Below, in pieces: positions 11,878 through 21,776 of a stretch of DNA of 64,000 bases. The notes beneath the pieces were generated by a model, which saw only the letters and a list, made by a program, of their open reading frames with translations, was not told the DNA's origin and ran no database searches. This DNA comes from Candidatus Spongiisociaceae bacterium. Lineage in GTDB: Bacteria; Actinomycetota; Acidimicrobiia; Spongiisociales; Spongiisociaceae. The translations under genes were made by a program, and so were the position numbers. The stretch lies in the NCBI GenBank assembly GCA_965262915.1, contig OZ253564.1, forward strand, positions 352,001 through 416,000, written 5' to 3'. How positions within the stretch are numbered: position 1 is the stretch's first letter; each line of letters starts with the position of its first letter.

Positions 11878-12857
11878 TCACCGGGTCGAGCTCTCAGTCC
11901 ACCAGTTCGGACTGGACAGTTCCACCCCGTCCTGCCCGGCCAAGTCGTTGGCAAGGTTCAGGGAGGGGAACCCCGGATCGGTCTCCACGAAGAAGCCGTT
12001 GGGCAGATAGCCGAGTTCGGACACCCGAGACTGCTTGATCCCGTTGCTGGAGAAGAAGGTGTCCGTCTCCGCCTGGCTCCACTCCGCATCCAAGACCAGC
12101 AAGACACCCCCCGGCAGGGTCATCAGGGCGCCCGACGGGGAACGGAACACCGGCCAGCCGCCCTCTCCGGTGCCCTCGTCGCTCCGGACGACGCTCCCGG
12201 CGGCGGCCTCCACCACGACTTCGTCGAGCGAGCCGACCGCGCTGCCGCTCTTGACCACCAGACCCGGGTCCAGCGACACCTGCCTGGTGTTGCCGCCGTC
12301 CTCCCACGTATACATCCGGCCCTGCCGGACCGAACGTGAACCGCTCCCCGATCCGGAACTCGCCGAGGTGGAAGCCGTGGTCTCCTTCGGTTCGGGCGGC
12401 TCGGGATCCTCGCTGAAATCGACAGCGAGTTCGTCGGTCGGGGTCGGCGTGGTCGCTTCGGTTTCGACCCCGGCCTGGGCCACGGGGTCCCCCTTCTGGT
12501 TCCCCTGGGTGGAGACCTCCTTCCCCCCGGGAGCAGATCTTCCCGCCGACGGCTCCTCGCTCGCAGGGTCCTCGAAGAAGTCGACACCAGGTTCACCCTC
12601 CGTGATCGGCGTCGTCCCCTCTGTCTCTGTCGGCACCGTGGCTGTCGGCGGCGGGGACCCTTCCGTGGCAGAGACCGACGTCGCGGCGGCGGACGCGAGC
12701 GAGGTGCCAGGGCTCGTGGTGGTCGGGACGGATGCCGAAGGGGCGGACTCCGACTCGCCCGGCCGAACAGGCTCGTCGCTACGCACAAGGGCCACTGCCA
12801 CGGCCACCATAAGGACCACAGCCAGCCCTGCAGCAAAAGGGGGACCGGTCTTGTCAT
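11878..12857 (-). CDS. Membrane-anchored protein with Ser/Thr/Pro/Glu linker and C-terminal protease-prodomain-like domain (candidate external chaperone)
   Basis: C-terminal PVFRSPSGALMTLPGGVLLVLD...FPSLNLANDLAGQDGVELSSPNWW. Directly upstream of and co-oriented with the S8 gene. ATG 12857 is out of frame by 1 nt at the A4G5 run 12835-12843; the alternative start is GTG 12819. Confidence 0.65.
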
Positions 12858-13093
12858 GCAGTTACCTGTCGGATCGGTAGTAACTCCTACTTTGTCGGAC
12901 AACGCAGGATTCCTAACCGGCATTTTACGGGTAGTCAGGCGGGAAACCGATGCTATCCGTGGTCCGTTGTCCGTTGTCACAGCAAGGTCTGGGGTCAAAT
13001 CCGGGCCCGAGGGCCGACTCTCCCCCGCCGGGTAACACACAGGGTACCGTCAAACCCGGATGGCTTGATTGCGGGGTAGGAAGGGAGAGACCG

Positions 13094-14673
13094 ATGTTCG
13101 ACTTGGTTATCCGAGGGGGCCGGGTAGTCGACGGAACCGGCGCGACGGCCTTCGGGGGCGACATCGGCGTTACCGGGGATCGGATAACCGCGATCGGGGA
13201 CTTGAGCATGGCCGAAGCCCGGGACACACTCGACGCGGCCGGGCTGGTGGTGGCGCCCGGGTTCATCGACATCCACAGTCACTCGGACTTCACGCTGCTG
13301 ATCGACCCGCGAGCCCACAGCCAGGTGTACCAGGGGTCACCACCGAGTTGGTCGGCAACTGCGGCCACGGCTGTGCGCCGCTCGGTCCGAACGTCGAGGC
13401 CTTCACCGGGAACATCTACGGCTACCAGGATGTCCTACCGATTGATTGGACGACGATGGAGGGGTATCTGGCCCGGATGGAGGAGGCGGCACCGGCGGTG
13501 AACGTGGCCACGCTGGTCCCGAACGGGAACCTGCGGTTGGCGGTTGTCGACGATGTGAGACGGCCGGCAAACGGAGAGGAGACCGCCGGGATGGCCCGGC
13601 TGCTCGAGCAGAGCCTCGATGCGGGAGCGTTCGGGTTCTCCACCGGGCTCGAGTACCCCGCCGAGCGCGAGGCGTCCGAGGAGGAACTCATCGAGCTATG
13701 CCGGGTGACGGCCCGTAGCGGCGGGCTGTACGCGACCCACGAGCGCAACCGGGAGTTACTGGCGATAGAGGCCGTCGAGGAAGGGCTACGGGCCGCGGCC
13801 GCCACGGGGGTGCGACTGCAACTGTCGCACATAATTCCCCGTCGGGGAGGGCCGGCGGATTCGCTGGAGCGTTGTATCGAACTCGTCGAGGCTGCCCACG
13901 CGGGCGGATTGGATGTGGAGTTCGACGCGCACACGCGGCTGCACGGAATCACCAACCTGAGTGCGGTGCTTCCCTCCTGGGCCGTGGACAGCGGACCGGG
14001 CCGGCTGAGGCGGTATCTGACCGATCCGGCCACCAGGGACCGCCTCAAGCGGTACGACAGCATCATCTCCTCGTTCGGTCTGGGAGGCTGGGACCGCGTC
14101 GCGCTGTTCTGCAGCGAAGGATCCCCGGACAAGGTGGGTCACAGCATCGCCGACCTCACGCCCGCAGGCGCCGATCCCTACGACACCATGTACGACCTGC
14201 TGCTGGCCGAGGGTGACGACCCCCACGGGGCCCTGCTGATAGCCCACTCCTACGACGACGACATGCTGGCCTTCGCCTTCCGCCATCCCCTCTGCACCAC
14301 CGAGTCGGACGCCACCGCCCTCTGCACGGACGGGCCGCTCGCCGGCACGACCTTCCTCGGCGCCTACACCTGGGCGGGTTCGTTCTTCCGCACCATGGTC
14401 CGGGAGAGGCAGGACTTGACCCTGGCGGAGGCGGTACACAAGCTCACCGCCCAGCCCGCCGGCCGGATCGGGCTCGCGGGCCGGGGCCGCCTACTAGAGG
14501 GCAAGCAGGCCGACATCGTCGTGTTCGATCCCGACGAGTTCTCGGACCGGGGGACCCTCGACGAGCCCAACCGTCCGGCCGTCGGAGTCCGCCATGTACT
14601 GGTGAACGGAGGGCTCACGGTTCTCGACGGTAAGGAGACCGGTTCGCGAAGTGGCCGGGTGTTGCAGCGCTGA
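13094..14673 (+). pseudogene. N-acyl-D-amino-acid deacylase (amidohydrolase), frameshifted
   Basis: MFDLVIRGGRVVDGTG...PGFIDIHSHSD...QG joins VTTELVGNCG if one G is added at the G4 run 13333-13336. Confidence 0.85.
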
Positions 14674-14737
14674 GCAAGTGGTTCGCCACATGTGCCTGCG
14701 CCTGCGACGGGTGCCGGCTCGATAGGCTCCTCGTTCG

Positions 14738-16444
14738 ATGTCTCGATCGGCCCGCGGTACAGAACGCCTGTTGGGTTTGGCGTTGACCGTGGCTCTGGTG
14801 GCGGGCGCCTGCGGCGGTGGGAGCACCGAGGATGGCGGCGCCGCCGGAGGGGAGGCCACTCCAGGGGGCACCCGTGAGATCGTGCCGGCGGTCGAGCAGT
14901 GGCCTGAGTGCCTCAACCCCATAACCTCCTGCGCCAACGCCGCCTGGCTGTCGTGGTCGGTGCTGGTGCAGGTGCAGCCGGGCCTGCTGGAGTTAGATTC
15001 CGCCAACGTACTGCGCGCCTCGCCGGTAGTGGAGGAGATGCCCTCTCAGCAAAACGGCGGGGTGGTCGTGAACGACGACGGGACCTTCACGGTCACGTAC
15101 CGGATCGATCCGGACGCACGGTGGAGTGACGGAACCCCGATCACCAACTCCGATGTCTGGTTCACCTGGAGGGCAATCCTCGACACGCAAGGCTCGCTCC
15201 AGACGATCGGCTACGACCTGGTGACGGGGGTGGACACCGAGGACCCGCACGCCGCGGTGATCACCTTCGGCAAGCCTTACGTTCCCTGGCCCTACATGTT
15301 CCACAACCCGGTACCCGCCCATGCCTTCGACGGGAACACCGACATCTCCGGTTACTGGAACGACGCCATCCCCATCTCCGGCGGACCGTGGCTGCAGGAG
15401 TCCTGGAGCCAGGAGCAGCAGATCCTCGTGCCGAACCCCAACTACTGGGTGCCGGAGCGCGTTCCCCTCGTGGACCGGGTGGTGATGGTCTCCCGCGAGG
15501 ACACCGCCTCGGAAGTGGTGGCGCTTGCAGACCGGTGAGGTGATGGCCGCCCTGCCCCAGCCGTTCCCGGGCGCCAAGGACCGGCTGGTGGGCGACCTGA
15601 CCTTCGTGGCCGGGCCCGGAACAATATCGAGGGTCTCTGGATAAACCAGAACGCGCCCGACCGGCGGTTCGAGATCACCACCAACGCGCGAAGGGCGGTG
15701 GCGTTTGCCCTCGACCGGGAACGGATCGCCGACGTAGCGCTCGGTTCGATCATCGATGATCCCGTGGTGCTGCAGTGCGCGGGATGGAACCCTGCGTTCG
15801 GCGACTGGTGCCGGGACGACTTCAGCCGGTACCGCCAGGACATGGGCGCCGTTACCGAACTGCTCACGGCGGACGGCTGGTCCCGGCCCGATCCCGACGG
15901 ACTCTGGGTGAACGCCGAGGGCGAGGCTTTGGTGCTGCAATGGAACACCGTCGCCGGCAACAAGCGGCGCGAGGACGTGCAGGCGCTGGTGGCGGAGATG
16001 ACCGCGCCGTTCGGGATCGGCTGGGAGATCATCAACTACGACGCCGGCGAACTCTTCCAGAACCGCCTCCCCGCCATGAATTTCGGTCCGGTGGCCTTGT
16101 ACGCGGCGGAGACCATCCCCGACCCGTCCGTTTCCAAGATCTACGACCTCGACGGTATCCCCAGCGAAGCCAACGGGTACAGCGGGCAGAACTTCATGGC
16201 TTACTCCAGCAGGCGCGCCACCGACCTCGCCTTCGCCATTGACGAGGAGATCGACCAGGCGGCCCGGCTCGCTCTGGTGACCGAACTCGGGGAGTTGCTG
16301 GCCGCCGACGTGCCGTGGATTCCGCTGTACGTTCTTCCCAACCTGGTGGTATGGAACAGCACCGTGGTCGAGGGACCCGGCGAGTGGGTATCCAGCGTGT
16401 ACGGCGGCTTCTACGACATCTACGACTGGACGGTCATCGGCTGA
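14738..16444 (+). pseudogene. Peptide/nickel ABC transporter substrate-binding lipoprotein (family 5) with two compensating frameshifts
   Basis: Lipobox VAGAC, WSDGTPIT, SGGPW. The segment LQTGEVMAALPQPFPG (about 15524-15624) lies in a shifted frame between two in-frame halves. Confidence 0.8.
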
Positions 16445-16495
16445 GATGTCGAAGCGGCCGGGAATGCCGTCGCGAGCCTTCCGGGGGAGACCGTT

Positions 16496-17485
16496 TTGAT
16501 CCGGTACGCCCTCCGTCGCCTAACCGTGGCCGTACCGATACTGGTGGCAGTCTCGCTGGTCACGTTCTGGGCGGCCGGCGAGATCACCAGCCCGGCCGCG
16601 CAGCTCACCCTCAACCCCCGGATCGCCCCGGGAGCCAAGCAGGCCTACATAGAGTCGCTCGGGCTGGACCAGCCCTTCGGTGTCCGGTACCTGCGGTGGG
16701 TCGGGAATCTCGTGACAGGAGACCTCGGCGCGTCGCTGGTCAGGATCGGCCAGGAAGTCTGGCCGCTCGTACGGCAGGCCCTCGCCAACACGCTGGTACT
16801 GGTGGCGGTATCCGTGGTGTTCTCGCTGGGTGCGGGACTCGCAGTGGGGACGCTGTCGGCAGTCCGTCGGGGCTCGCTTCTCGACCATGCCGCCACCACG
16901 GTGTCGTTCCTCGGCATCTCGATCCCGGTCTTCTGGCTGGGCCTGATGCTGCAACTGTTCTTCGGGCTCTACCTGGCACACTGGTTGGGGGTGACCCCAC
17001 CTCTCCTACCCACCGCGGGCATCTACTCGCCGGGCGCGCTCGGGTTCGACCTCGTGGACCGGATCCGGCATCTCATCCTGCCCTCCTTGGCGCTGTCGCT
17101 GCAACTGGTGGCGGTGTACAGCCGCTACATGCGGGCTTCGATGCTCGAGGTGATGGGTTCGGACTACATCCGCACCGCCCGCTCGAAGGGGCTGAGGGAG
17201 TCGGCGGTGGTGGTCCGCCACGGGGTGAGGACCGCGCTCATACCTGTAACCACTCAAGCCGCTATCGACATCGGCCTGCTGGTCGGGGGGCTCATCGTGA
17301 CCGAGCGGGTGTTCCAGTATCCGGGCATGGGCCTGCTGTTCCTCGACGCACTCGGTGGAGGTGACTACACCATCCTGCTCCCGACCGTGATGATCGTGGC
17401 GGTGGCTGTTTTCGTCATGAACCTGGCCGCCGACCTCCTGTACGCGATCCTCGACCCGCGCACCCGCCATCTGGTGGAGAGGTAG
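16496..17485 (+). CDS. Peptide ABC transporter permease (DppB/OppB-like)
   Basis: SIPVFWLGLML, YIRTARSKGL (EAA loop), TERVFQYPGMG. Confidence 0.92.
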   Translation: MIRYALRRLTVAVPILVAVSLVTFWAAGEITSPAAQLTLNPRIAPGAKQAYIESLGLDQPFGVRYLRWVGNLVTGDLGASLVRIGQEVWPLVRQALANTLVLVAVSVVFSLGAGLAVGTLSAVRRGSLLDHAATTVSFLGISIPVFWLGLMLQLFFGLYLAHWLGVTPPLLPTAGIYSPGALGFDLVDRIRHLILPSLALSLQLVAVYSRYMRASMLEVMGSDYIRTARSKGLRESAVVVRHGVRTALIPVTTQAAIDIGLLVGGLIVTERVFQYPGMGLLFLDALGGGDYTILLPTVMIVAVAVFVMNLAADLLYAILDPRTRHLVER

Positions 17486-17492
17486 GGGTAGC

Positions 17493-18371
17493 TTGGCGCA
17501 GGTCGGGCAGCGCCCAGCACACGCGGCGGGCAGGCGGCCGAGGGCGGCACGGCGCTTCTACCGCCACCGAACCGCGGTCTGCTCGCTGACGGTGCTGGTC
17601 CTGATCATCGCCGCGACCGCAGCCGCCGACTGGATCGCTCCATTCAACCCCTCCGAGCAGAACCTCGACCGCATCCTGCAAGCGCCCGGCCGGGAATTCC
17701 TGCTGGGAACCGACACCCTCGGCCGCGACAACCTCAGCCGGATACTGCACGGCGGCCGGGTATCGCTCCTCGTGGAGGGTGCGGTCGCGGCGATCAGCGG
17801 CGTGCTCGGCACTCTGGTCGGCTTGGTCGCCGGTTACTACGGAGGCCGGGTCGACACGCTGCTCATGCGTCTCACGGACACCCTGCTGGCCCTTCCGGCC
17901 CTGATGGTGGTGATCATGGCAGCCCGTATCCTCGGCGACGGGGTGTGGGATGTGGTGCTGGTGCTAGCCGGGATCACCTGGATGGTGCCGGCCCGGATCG
18001 TCCGGGGGAAGGTGCTCTCTCTCAAGCAACGGGAGTTCGTGAAGGCGGCCCGGGCACCGGGCCTGCCGAACGGGCGGATCATGTACCGTCACCTGCTGAC
18101 CAACCTGGTTGGCGAGGTGATGGTGGCGGTCTCGCTGACCGTGGCCGCTGCCATCCTCGCCGAGTCGACGCTCAGTTTCCTCGGGCTGGGCGTGAACCCG
18201 GCTCACACCGCCACGTGGGGCAACATGCTGGGCGGCAACGAGGGATTCGTCACGACCGCGCCCTGGCTCGTATGGGCACCCGGAGTAGCCATCGTGCTCA
18301 CGGCTCTGTGCGTGAACTTCATCGGCGACGGCCTACGCGACTCCCTCGACCCGACCCGGGAGCAGATATGA
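17493..18371 (+). CDS. Peptide ABC transporter permease (DppC/OppC-like)
   Basis: LLGTDTLGRD, REFVKAARA, ESTLSFLGLG. Start codon uncertain. Confidence 0.9.
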   Translation: MAQVGQRPAHAAGRRPRAARRFYRHRTAVCSLTVLVLIIAATAAADWIAPFNPSEQNLDRILQAPGREFLLGTDTLGRDNLSRILHGGRVSLLVEGAVAAISGVLGTLVGLVAGYYGGRVDTLLMRLTDTLLALPALMVVIMAARILGDGVWDVVLVLAGITWMVPARIVRGKVLSLKQREFVKAARAPGLPNGRIMYRHLLTNLVGEVMVAVSLTVAAAILAESTLSFLGLGVNPAHTATWGNMLGGNEGFVTTAPWLVWAPGVAIVLTALCVNFIGDGLRDSLDPTREQI

Positions 18372-19380
18372 ACCCCGCGGATCGCGACAGCACATTCGGT
18401 GCCGGCGCCGCCGAACCGCTGTTGTCGGTGCGCGACCTGCACGTCGAGATCGACACCGAGGACGGCGTGCTCACCGCGGTGAACCGGATGAGCTTCGACC
18501 TCTACGCCGGTGAGGTCCTAGCCATCGTGGGCGAGTCCGGGTGCGGCAAGACCATGACTGCCCTGTCCATACTCGGGCTCCTTCCCCGCAAGGCGGCGCG
18601 TCTGGTACGCGGCGAGGTAAGGCTGGGCGGCGAGGATCTGCTGGCCGCGCTACCGCAACGGATGCGGCAGGTCAGGGGAGCGGAGATCGCCATGATCTTC
18701 CAGGAACCGCTCACGGCACTCAACCCGGTGCAACGGGTCGGTGACCAGATCGCCGAGATGATCCGCACCCACCGACCCGTGCGCCGGTCCGAGGCCCGCC
18801 GCCGCGCCGCCGGGTTACTCGACCGGGTGGGGATACCCGACGCGGCCCGGCGGGCTCGCCGGTACCCGCACGAACTCTCCGGCGGGATGCGCCAGAGGGT
18901 GATGATCGCCATGGCGATCACCTTGGAACCGGCGGTCCTGATCGCCGACGAGCCGACCACCGCGCTCGACGCCACGGTTCAGGCCCAGGTGCTCGAAGTC
19001 CTGTCGGACGTGCAGCGGGGGCTGTCCGGCGCGATGGTCCTGATCACCCACGATATCGGTGTGGTGGCCGACCTCGCCGACCGGGTGGTGGTGATGTACG
19101 CGGGCCGCTCGGTGGAGCAGGGTTCCGTCTACGACGTTTTCGAGCGGCCCCTCCATCCCTACACGGCCGGCCTGCTCGGCGCCGTACCCCGAGTGGACGG
19201 AACGGCCGACCGTCTCAATCCGATCACCGGAACGCCCCCACCCTCATCGTCCTTCCCGATGGATGCGCCTTCGCTCCCCGCTGCCACATGGCCACCGAGA
19301 TCTGCCTGGTGCAGAAGCCGGAACCCCGGCCGTCCACCGGCGAGACCGGGTCGCCGGCCGTTGCCTGCCACCATGCGTAG
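18368..19380 (+). CDS. Peptide ABC transporter ATPase (DppD-like), frameshift near the C-terminus
   Basis: GESGCGKT, LSGGMRQR, LIADEPT. Adding one C at the run 19235-19239 restores GCAFAPRC...VACHHA* ending at TAG 19378-19380. Confidence 0.88.
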
Positions 19381-19411
19381 TCAGGTGCCAGACACCCCAG
19401 GAGCGTAAATG

Positions 19412-20647
19412 TCAAGCTGCGGCTCGGTCGATGGTGGTTCGGTGTGCCCATGCGGTGTGTTCGTTGTAGGGGGTTTGGTGTTTGAGGCAGCCGTGGAGGA
19501 TGCCGACGAGTCGGTTGGCGAGGGCTCGGAGTGCTTGGTGGTGGAGGTCGTCGGCTGCTCGGCGTTTGTCGTAGAAGGCTCGGGCTCCTGGACTGTTCTT
19601 TAGGGAACAGAACGCCCATTGGTCCAGGGCGTCGTAGAGACGCCGGTTACGGACCTGGCGAGCCAGGACAGCGTGCTTGCGGCCTGACGCCACTGTGATG
19701 GGCGACGTGCCGGCGTAGTTCCTGCGAGACTTGGCGCTGGTGTAACGGTCGGGGTCGTCCCCGAACTCACCGAGCGCCCGGGCGCCGAGCACAGTACCGA
19801 GTCCTGGCTGAGACAGGTAGATGTCGGCGTCCGGGTGTTCTCTAAAACGGGTCTCGAGGGTTGCTTGGAGGTCTGCGATCTGGCGGTTGGTTTCCACAAT
19901 GAGTTTCACCAGTGCCCCAACAGTCGCCCCGAAGGCGTCCGCGACCGGCCCCGGCGCGGTGAGATGGCGGGTACGGAGACCTTTCTGTATGCGGCGGGCA
20001 ACCTTGTCGAGGTTGCGTCGCCGTCCGCCCCTCTGTAGCGCTGCTCGGATCTGGGGCAGTGTCAGGCGGGCGCCCAGGATTGGGGTGGGTGCCCGACCGA
20101 GTATGGCCACAGCGTCGCGATGGGCCAGGTCATCGAAGGTTTCCAGCGCTGCGGGATAGTACTCGCGCAGGGCGTTGCGGACTTGGTTGGTGTGACGCGT
20201 CCGAGCCCAGATCAGGTTCTGATGCGTTCTGGCCATGATCTTGATCGCGTCTGATTCGGGGCTGTCACCGGCCACCGAACGATGGTTGTGACGGTCGGTG
20301 CGTACCAAATCAGCTAACACCTTGGCATCACCGCGGTCTGATTTCGCTCCGCCCAGGCTGTGACGGTCCCGGTAGCGGGACACAGCCCTAGGATTGATCG
20401 CATACACCAAATAGCCCGCTGCGATGAGCGCACCCACCCACAGCCCACGATCGGTCTCGATCCCTACCACCACCTCAGCTGCATCCGATGCGTGTTCGGC
20501 GACCAACTCATGGAAGCGGGCTATACCTTGGATCCCTTCCGGGAGATGGGCGAAACCCAGCCGGGTCCCATCCTCGTCCATCAGATACACATCATGGTGG
20601 CCCTCAGCCCAGTCGTTACCCACAAATATCATCCCTTCCTCCTTCAA
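19412..20647 (-). CDS. IS110 transposase / bridge recombinase, intact
   Basis: DEDD RuvC-like motifs (GNDWA, GIET, KSDRGDA), NYAGTSP and ASGRK catalytic-Ser region, ALRALANRL. Confidence 0.95.
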   Translation of the reverse strand: MKEEGMIFVGNDWAEGHHDVYLMDEDGTRLGFAHLPEGIQGIARFHELVAEHASDAAEVVVGIETDRGLWVGALIAAGYLVYAINPRAVSRYRDRHSLGGAKSDRGDAKVLADLVRTDRHNHRSVAGDSPESDAIKIMARTHQNLIWARTRHTNQVRNALREYYPAALETFDDLAHRDAVAILGRAPTPILGARLTLPQIRAALQRGGRRRNLDKVARRIQKGLRTRHLTAPGPVADAFGATVGALVKLIVETNRQIADLQATLETRFREHPDADIYLSQPGLGTVLGARALGEFGDDPDRYTSAKSRRNYAGTSPITVASGRKHAVLARQVRNRRLYDALDQWAFCSLKNSPGARAFYDKRRAADDLHHQALRALANRLVGILHGCLKHQTPYNEHTAWAHRTTIDRAAA

Positions 20648-20684
20648 CGGGGATCGATCCTTGCCGAGCTGTAGAACACGCCTG

Positions 20685-20865
20685 GCGGCGACCTAATGGA
20701 TCAGTGCTCTGTGGCACGCCACCCCATGAGCGCTACAAGCGGCCCTCGCGAACCGGCCGGGGTACGATCTGGCACTAGGAATCAGCGTTCCGGGTGCCAC
20801 CAGTACTCACCGGCCAGCCAGCTCAACCACCACACCCTCCCAGACAAACCAGCAGAAGTGGTGGA
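20685..20865 (-). ncRNA. Predicted bridge RNA of the IS110 element (ends approximate)
   Basis: Target loop guides TGGCACC (20793-20799) and GTGCCAG (20769-20775) around a GGAA/TTCC stem. Donor loop guides TGGGGTG (20720-20726) and CCATTAG (20693-20699) around a GTGC/GCAC stem. Confidence 0.8.
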
Positions 20866-20873
20866 CCCCCATT

Positions 20874-21055
20874 AGGTGCCAGGTGCCAGGTGCCAGGTGC
20901 CAGGTGCCAGGTGCCAGGTGCCAGGTGCCAGGTGCCAGGTGCCAGGTGCCAGGTGCCAGGTGCCAGGTGCCAGGTGCCAGGTGCCAGGTGCCAGGTGCCA
21001 GGTGCCAGGTGCCAGGTGCCAGGTGCCAGGTGTCTGGGGTCAGGTGCCAGGTGTT
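20874..21055 (+). repeat. Heptamer tandem array (AGGTGCC)x22 plus 4 terminal units, three of them degenerate
   Basis: 22 perfect units at 20874-21027, then AGGTGTC TGGGGTC AGGTGCC AGGTGTT. Confidence 0.97.
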
Positions 21056-21098
21056 CGCGTTGCCTGGCCACTTGCCACCGTAGACCAATCGATACATA

Positions 21099-21341
21099 AT
21101 GATGGTTATGGAAGGAATGCTCGCTGCCATGATCGGCCTCGTAGGCGCCCTCCTGAGCGCACTCCTCATCTGGATCCGCTCCGACATCAAGGCCCAGCGC
21201 GTCGAGATGAACTCGGCCCTCGAAGGCATGAGGGCCACGTTGACCGAGCACGGCGAGCGGCTCGCCCGCATCGAGACCACCCTCGGAGCCCCGGCGTCCT
21301 CCCCCGAAACCGCCGCTGCAGAAGCGGTCGTCACCCCCTGA
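21099..21341 (+). CDS. Small TM + coiled-coil protein, paralog 1
   Basis: EGMLAAMIGLVGALLSALLIWIRSDIK...EHGERLARIETTL; near-identical blocks in the next ORF. Confidence 0.7.
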   Translation: MMVMEGMLAAMIGLVGALLSALLIWIRSDIKAQRVEMNSALEGMRATLTEHGERLARIETTLGAPASSPETAAAEAVVTP

Positions 21342-21419
21342 CCAACCCCCACCCCGCATACCCGGCGCGACCGGCCCTCCGGCACCCGGCCTTGCCCTCC
21401 CTGGAACCAATGTTGTATA

Positions 21420-21704
21420 GTGTTGGATATAGAAGGAATGCTCGCTGCCATGATCGGTTTCGTGGGTGTGCTGGTGAGCGCACTCCTCATGTGGATCCGC
21501 TCCGACATCAAGTCCATCCGGACAGAGACGAACTCCCGGTTCGACGCCATGGACCGCCGGTTCGACACGGTGGACCGCCGATTCGACACCGTGAACACCA
21601 TCCTGGCCGAGCACGGGCAACGGCTCGCCCGCATCGAGACCGTCCTCAGCGTCCCGGTATCTCCTCCCGAGCAAGCCTCCACGGAACCCGCCGTCGCCGG
21701 CTGA
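21420..21704 (+). CDS. Small TM + coiled-coil protein, paralog 2, with heptad (21-bp) repeats
   Basis: EGMLAAMIGFVGVLVSALLMWIRSDIK...RFDAMDRRFDTVDRRFDTVN...EHGQRLARIETVL. Confidence 0.7.
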   Translation: MLDIEGMLAAMIGFVGVLVSALLMWIRSDIKSIRTETNSRFDAMDRRFDTVDRRFDTVNTILAEHGQRLARIETVLSVPVSPPEQASTEPAVAG

Positions 21705-21776
21705 CCTCGCAGCGCCCACGGGCCTGCCGTCCCGCGTGTTGGCTCCTCGATCGAGGGACCGTAGAATCCCGGCACT

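Larger units (their letters stand above)
19390..20875 (-). mobile_element. IS110-family element bounded by CT core dinucleotides
   Basis: Minus-strand junctions TGGCAC-CT-AATGGGG (core 20874-20875) and GGGGTGT-CT-GGCACC (core 19390-19391). Excision restores the repeat TGGCAC-CT-GGCACC. No long TIRs. Confidence 0.9.

Noticed and set aside
15536-15538. In-frame TGA in the ABC substrate-binding gene as a third selenocysteine
   Set aside because: The family-like sequence (LQTGEV...) lies in another frame between two compensating indels, and there is no Cys motif at this position.
20874-21055. Tandem array as CRISPR, or as coding sequence (ORFs with ARCQVPG / WHLAPGT repeats)
   Set aside because: 7-bp period, no spacers and no cas genes. 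The ORFs exist only because the heptamer has no stop in any frame.
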